NCBI GenBank assembly: GCA_032718475.1
Contig: JAUCBJ010000989.1
Span: 49,339 to 113,338, forward strand
Source: Nemertoderma westbladi
Lineage: Eukaryota > Animalia > Xenacoelomorpha
Length of the DNA stretch: 64,000 nt
Reading direction: 5' to 3'
Position numbers and translations under genes: made by a program. Positions 57,710-64,000 of this stretch are shown piece by piece. The notes under the pieces were generated by a model. It was not told the DNA's origin and did no database searches. It was given only the letters and a program-made list of their open reading frames with translations. Each line of letters starts with the position of its first letter. Position 1 is the stretch's first letter.

Positions 57710-58871
57710 TGTAAAAGCTTTTGTGGGATAACTGATTCGTTTGCCTTGCTAACCAGTTCCCCCCAGGCGCTAGAATACTCTAAAAAGGGATCTATAACTC
57801 GAATAGCGCAAGCTACCGGCTGATTGGCTGATTCGCTGTGCGAAGGGATCTGAGCTACGTTTGATTGTCCAACCAGCTTGGGAAAGTTGCCCCACAGCCC
57901 TGCTTTCTGTATCTGCCAATAGGATTTGAGTTGATTTTGATTTCGACCTATCACAGATCTACTGAACTGAATTTTCCTATCTGTATGCTCTTTCTCTGTG
58001 TTGGGTGGAAGCCTTTGTAAATAAGGTTATTCTTATCAGTTTTCAGTGTTGTTGGTCTTTCTTCCTGAGCCAAGGAAGAACGGCCTTGGAAATATTTTGT
58101 GCCTTTTCTGTTTTAGTCTAACACTAGTAGGCTTAATTATAAGGACATATATCCGTTATCAAACTAATGAACACACTGAATCACTGTGCATACGTTTATA
58201 TTGTTATACTGCTATTTACTGTCAGTTCTTCATAATATGGTTGATGAATTATTATATTTGGAATAACGATAAATAACCCCGAAACCCAATATTCTTGATA
58301 TACCGAAGGTAAGAGAGAAAGGTTACATATAACGATTGTGACTTATGTTAAAGTGGTTTGAAGTGAATCTAATGTTATTTGATAGACCCTACATGAGTCG
58401 GTCCGTGTTCCTTTTATATATAACTAAAATCAGTGAAGATCGGCAGATCAGTGTGCAGTATTGTGCAGCATTGTGTATGAGTGAGCCTGATAACGAAGCA
58501 TTTCCTAAAGAATGCGCCATATATGTGAATTATAACTAAGCCATATCGTTGTGAGTAGTTTAAGTCATAACTCTGTTTGTATAGATAGAGCGCCACGTCC
58601 TAAAGGAACTGTTAATATTTCCCGAAGGTGAATAATATTGTCAGAGATTATATAATACTGTCAGTCGAATAATACATTAAGCTTACATAGCAATAAGATT
58701 AAGCCGTCGAACCCAATCTCCCGGGTATATCCAGCGGGTGAATGATCGCGCACAGATTGGTTTCGACTAGTGTAGTGAATTAAATACTTGTCATAGGCTA
58801 AAAGTGATTTATTATCTAGAAGACATCCTAATTTGGCGGGTTAAACTGCCAAAGGTCTAAAAGCGCGAACA
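57710..58871 (+). repeat. 3' LTR of BEL copy 2
   Basis: Preceded by PPT GGGAGCGG, followed by TSD TTGGT. Confidence 0.97.
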
Positions 58872-59533
58872 TTGGTACACATGTTGTTTGGCAAAAGTTT
58901 GAAAATTTTCCAAGTAGAATTTGCGTGGGGCCTTCGTGCAGCATCAGTGTAACTGTTATTGTAGTTATAATATATTTATTTATCCAAAATTAACATGCGT
59001 TAAATTATTATTACTGTAGGATAAATCAGCTGGTTTTCTGACAAATTTTGCAAAACATAGGGGCTGTCTGCCAATCTGCATGTACCATTTGTACCGGTAC
59101 TGTCAGGCTGTACTCAATTCCTGAATCGAGAATTCTGCAATCAGTCAATACTGCAATACAGGTCAGCCGGTACCATACACTGCAGACATGCCATATCATG
59201 TAATCTAAACATGGCCCCGGAAACCCTTGCGGTGATTATAGTTTAGGCCTAATTAGCCTAGTACCGGTAATAATAATATAATAGTTTAGATAGTTCAGTA
59301 GTTACCGCTAATCATTCAGTCATTGGCACGGTACACCGTATTGCTGTACTGCCGTTGTAGTGCGCACCGTAGGTACCACCCATGCGTAGGCTGACTGTGC
59401 TGATTATGGTACTGTCAGACTGTGGTACCTAAGCTATATACTGTTAGGTATATTGCTGTATTGGGGTGGGGTTAGGAATAATCCATTTGTTTTAGCATTG
59501 AACTGTTGAATCCCCTTATTTATTATAAAACCA

Positions 59534-60163
59534 TTGGAAATATTCGCAAATGCCGCTCCATTACTGTCTGAAACGCTCCCGACAGTCCGATGTATCTGGA
59601 CCCGAGCAGCCGAGTTGCTTCAAGAGGTGATTAACGGGGGAATACTACGGAATTGCTTGTTTGTCAGTACGATTCTATTTGGGTATTTACTACACTCAGA
59701 CACTGGGAATACGGCGGTCGGTCAGATCGTAATGCGGGCCACTGCCAAGTTCATCATGCCTCACTCCGGTCACCCACCTTGGAGTGCGGTGGGAAGAGTC
59801 CCACTTACTGACTTACGTCGACGACTGGACGAATCGACGAGGATTGCGATCTGGGTTTAGCGGCGGCCCGGATCCTGGGATCGCCTGGGGGAAATGGTTG
59901 AACGTTGGGCAGACGTTATCGCACTGGATTACGTTCTCTGTGACGCGAAAGTGTGAAGCGAATTCGTTGTCGAATTGGGTCGGAAGCTGCGGGAATTCTA
60001 CTGTTCTACGGGAGTAAACCGCAGCGGTCCGGTGACTACGGACGGATACTACTGGGATAAGCAGGTATTTCGATCGAGTTTCTCGTATTCTCGATGCTCG
60101 AGGCGGATAGAGAGTTGGTTGTGTTGGGCGGTGTTGTTCAATTCTATCAAACATATTAAATAA
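59534..60163 (+). pseudogene. Decayed ~210-codon frame of unknown protein
   Basis: ORFs 59534-59860 and 59975-60163 are in one frame, joined through TAG and TGA; GC/CpG-rich island in AT-rich DNA. Confidence 0.4.
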
Positions 60164-60285
60164 TTGGTAAAATAATAAAAACACACCAGATAAAGATACT
60201 GAGCTTATGGTAAAGAGATAGGCCGAACTTACAATTTCCAAATAGATTGTTCATATAATAAATATATTTTTGGTATTTGATTTCA

Positions 60286-60550
60286 AGATAGGGGGGGGGG
60301 GGGGGGGGGGGGGGAACTGGACGCAATAAAAATTCATCCCTCTCCAGGGGAAATTGGACGCAAATAACAACAGCTGATTACTCTCAAAAATAAAACTGTA
60401 ACCTGTTCTATTGTGTTTACTTTATTGTTTTGGTTAAAATAACGTGCCACTGTAACCTGCTCCTTTCCCAAAATTTAGAAATTAATATTGAGGCGGGATA
60501 TTAATTCGCCAAGATGGGATTTGCGTCCAGTCCCACCCCCCTCCTATCTC
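60286..60550. mobile_element. MULE-like MITE (paralogue of 26062-26321)
   Basis: Same TIRs and TTGATTTCA TSD. Confidence 0.75.
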
Positions 60551-61579
60551 TTGATTTCACTAAAAAATAGAATACATTGCATTTTACTGTTATAATTACT
60601 GTATTGAATAAAATAATTAATTGATTGTTTATTAAACCGTGCTAAGCACGTTGAACTGGAGCTCTAACAATTCCCCACTAGCGGCAGACAGGAACTGTAA
60701 AAGTCTCTGTAGAATTTCTAATTAAGCAATGCTCTTAGGTAACTACTACTAAATTTCAGATGAATCTGATCGTTGGTTCTATAATTACAGCTATTTTTAC
60801 GTTTCTGTTAATTCGCCCCCTAGCGGCAGACCGGGGAACTGTAGAAGTCTGTCTGTGTGTAGAATTTCTAAATTTTTTTAAAGACTACAAGTGTACCAAG
60901 TTTGGTTCCATTTCATCCATGATTGACCGACTTATTAGCGTTCAAACATTCCTGCCACGAATAAAAGCTGCAGGAACTCGAGCGATAATTAATTTATTTA
61001 TTATTAAATACTGTTTCAATTAAATTCTTTACGAAAATCTAGTCATCTTCTTTTAAATATGGACCCTGCATTCATGGAAAATATAATATTTGATAATTCA
61101 TCAGTCAGCCTACGCTAATTTCACAGCAAAGTCCTTGTCATGGCCTGTGTGTAGTAGGCCATGGTACCACCCTACTACCGGTACCGGCTGACCGGTGGCA
61201 ACTAGCACTTGCACAGCAACAGCCCTACCGGCGATACACAGGTTGGAATTTATGTAGAGTTTGCTCAACAGTACAGATATAAAATAGTTATCTAAATTAT
61301 CTATATTACTATTGACAAGTATTGAAATATATACCATTATTCGTATTTGCAACATCTGACATTGGAGAGGTGAGAGAAGATGGGTTATGTATTGGTGGGT
61401 GGGAAGGGGGGGGGGGGGGGGTGCAGATTAAAAGGGGTGAACACGTACTATCCCCCTTTCTTTGATTAATTGGTGGTGTGGGTTAATCTCTCATAACCTG
61501 ATTTTGTGATACAGTCGCACAATTTTAATTTGTATCTCATAACTGGGCCTCGTGCTGCGCGAAGGCCCCACGAACGTGT

Positions 61580-63429
61580 CGTTCTGTCGCGTTTTTTTTC
61601 AGTATTTTATTTTAAACATTAATAACTCGGCCAATCCTTGATGAAATCTATCCAAACTTGGTACACATGTTGTTTGGCAAAAGTTTGAAAATTTTCCAAG
61701 TAGAATTTGCGTGGGGCCTTCGTGCAGCATCAGTGTAACTGTTATTGCAGTTATAATAAATTTATTTATCCAAATTTAAAATGCGTTAAATTATTATTAC
61801 TGTAGGATAAATCAGCTGTGTTTCTAACAAATTTTGCAATTCTGCATGTACCATGTGTACCGGTACTGACAGTCTGTACTCAATCCCTGAATCGAGAATC
61901 CTGCAATCACAAAATCAGTCAATACTGCAATACTGGTCAACCGGTACCATACACTGCAGACATGGGAAATTGGACGCAAATAACAACAGCTGATTTCTCT
62001 CAAAAATAAAACTGTAACCTGTTCTATTGTGTTTACTTTATTGTTTTGGTTAAAATAACGTGCCACTGTAACCTGCTCCTTTCCCAAAATTGTGAAATTA
62101 ATATTGAGGCGGGATATTAATTCGCCAAGATGGGATTTGCGTCCAGTCCCACCCCCTCCTATCTCTTGATTTCACTAAAAAATAGAATACATTGCATTTT
62201 ACTGTTATAATTACTGTATTGAATAAAATATTTAATTGATTGTTTATTAAACCGTGCTAAGCACGTTGAACTGGAGCTCTAACAATTCCCCACTAGCGGC
62301 AGACAGGAACTGTAAAAGTCTCTGTGGAATTTCTAATTAAGCAATGCTCTGAGGTAACTACTACTAAATTTCAGATGAATCTGATCGTTAGTTCTATAAT
62401 TACAGCTATTTTTACGTTTCTGTTAATTCTCCCCCTAGCAGCAGACCTGGGAACTGTAGAAGTCTGTCTGTATGTAGAATTTCTAAATTTTTTATAGACT
62501 ACATGTGTACCAAGTTTGGTTCCATTTCATCCATGATTGACCGACTTATTAGCGTTCAAACATTCCTGCCACAAACATAGCCAGAGGCAGCCACAAACGA
62601 ATAAAAGCTGCAGGAACTCGAGCGATAATTAATTTATTAATTATTAAATACTGTTTCAATTAAATTCTTTACGAAAATCTAGTCATCTTCTTTTAAATAT
62701 GGACCCTGCATTCATGGAAAATATAATATTTGATAATTCATCAGTCAGCCTACGCTAATTTCACAGCAAAGTCCTTGTCATGGCCTGTGTGTAGTAGGCC
62801 ATGGTACCACCCTACTACCGGCTGACCGCGTGACCGGTGGCAACTAGCACTTCAGCACTTGCACAGCAACAGCACTACCGGCGATACACAGGTTGGAATT
62901 TATGTAGAGTTTGCTCAACAGTACAGATATAAAATAGTTATCTAAATTATATATATTACTATTGACAAGTATTGAAATATATACCGTTATTCGTGTTATC
63001 AGTATTTGCAACATCTGACATTGAAGAGGTGAGAGAAGATGAATACCGGCACTCAACAAAACCAACGCTTATCACAGGTCGGTATGGTTACCTCGAAACC
63101 GGCGCGACTGTCCACTCGAATACAACTTCAAAACACAAACGCCAACAATAAACTGAAAGCGAATCGAACGTCTTCAGAAGAATCTGTCATTGGGACGAAG
63201 AAAAGGAAGCCGAAACCACGGGAATGGACCACAGCTAAGATTGAATGCTCCCATTGTCAGAGTTCCTGGACCGAAATTGAAACACCAATTGCCGATGGGC
63301 TTGATCTCTCAAACCAAAACTTCCTCTGCGGGGTTTGCGTGGCAGTAAAGATTGAAAGTCTGGAAGCTGGCATCCCTAGGTATTATTATTATAAAGAGCG
63401 TCAGCCTGCGTTTAATAAATATATTTTAA
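61580..63429 (+). repeat. Partial third copy of the unit tail (24550-24935 joined to 26120-27588)
   Basis: Near-identical to the unit 1 segments; junction ctgcagacatg|ggaaattggacgc at ~61963. Confidence 0.8.
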
Positions 63430-64000
63430 GGATAGTTCTTTTTACAGAACACAGCAGAACACAGTAGAACACAGCAGAACACAATAGAATACAGGCGGAA
63501 CATAGGCGAACACAGCTGTAATTAAAATCTACACCAAAAAATAACACACTTGGGAAAGTACCGGACTTAATCATACAACTGTAAGATGTCAATTACATAT
63601 TTAAATTAAATGGCGGTTTTCCATATCCTCCAAAATAAATTACCTGATCAGAGTTGCGCGATCAGCTGTTCGGTTAGGCCTGTACCTGTTACTAGTCCAG
63701 CAGTCTGCCTGTCAGCCTGTTCCAGTACTGCCGTAGGCCTAGTGCTGTAGAGACATGTACAGACTGTACATTGTACAGACAGACAGATGTAGGCATTTAC
63801 CGGCAATTACCGGGCCCAGTGTAGATTATATTACTAATGTACTGATGTAGGCCTACTCAGCTACCGGTACTGTACTGCTGTAGAACTAACCAACTCTCCA
63901 TGGTTACAGGATAATGATAAGTAATTTATTTTGGAGGATATGGAAAACCGCCATTTAATTTAAATATGTAATTGACATCTTACAGTTGTATGATTAAATC
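63430..64000. mobile_element. Long-TIR non-autonomous DNA transposon, truncated by the window end
   Basis: Inverted repeat 63564-63643 / 63921-64000; similarity to unit 1 stops at TTAA|GG (63426-63431); internal agaacacag repeats. Confidence 0.65.

Larger units (their letters stand above)
40046..58871 (+). mobile_element. BEL/Pao LTR retrotransposon copy 2 (18826 bp) with extra ORF2
   Basis: 1162-bp apparently identical LTRs, TSD TTGGT (40041-40045, 58872-58876), empty site ccaaacttggtacac at ~24624. Confidence 0.97.
28882..63429 (+). repeat. Tandem segmental unit 2 (contains Gypsy, BEL copy 2 and an internal partial re-duplication)
   Basis: Colinear with unit 1 until ttaataaatatattttaa at 63429 (unit 1 equivalent ~27588). 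Confidence 0.85.

Overview
Repeat-rich animal (probably invertebrate) genomic DNA. The backbone is a tandem duplication of a ~10 kb host unit (unit 1 ~1-28881, unit 2 ~28882-63429). Each unit carries an intronless astacin/Cys-rich/LDLa pseudogene, a DONSON-like fragment, an intact single-exon F-box/LRR gene and small non-autonomous transposons. Three full-length LTR retrotransposons with 5-bp TSDs are each present in only one unit: a 5.1 kb Gypsy (Mag-like) element (30977-36116) and two related, very large BEL/Pao elements (694-19148 minus, 18.5 kb; 40046-58871 plus, 18.8 kb). The BEL/Pao family is the most unusual part. (i) It has no TGG tRNA primer-binding site; the 11-13 nt directly after the 5' LTR are complementary to a conserved segment inside the LTR, suggesting tRNA-independent self-priming. 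(ii) In the env position it encodes a 1417-aa non-membrane protein with a DEDDy-like (RNase D/WRN/EXD-type) 3'-5' exonuclease domain, three CCHC knuckles and a basic tail, preceded by a G:U-rich structured RNA cassette. (iii) The two copies have unrelated U3 regions and complementary lesions (copy 1: dead gag-pol, intact ORF2; copy 2: the reverse). All domain calls are by-eye motif recognition; no searches were run.
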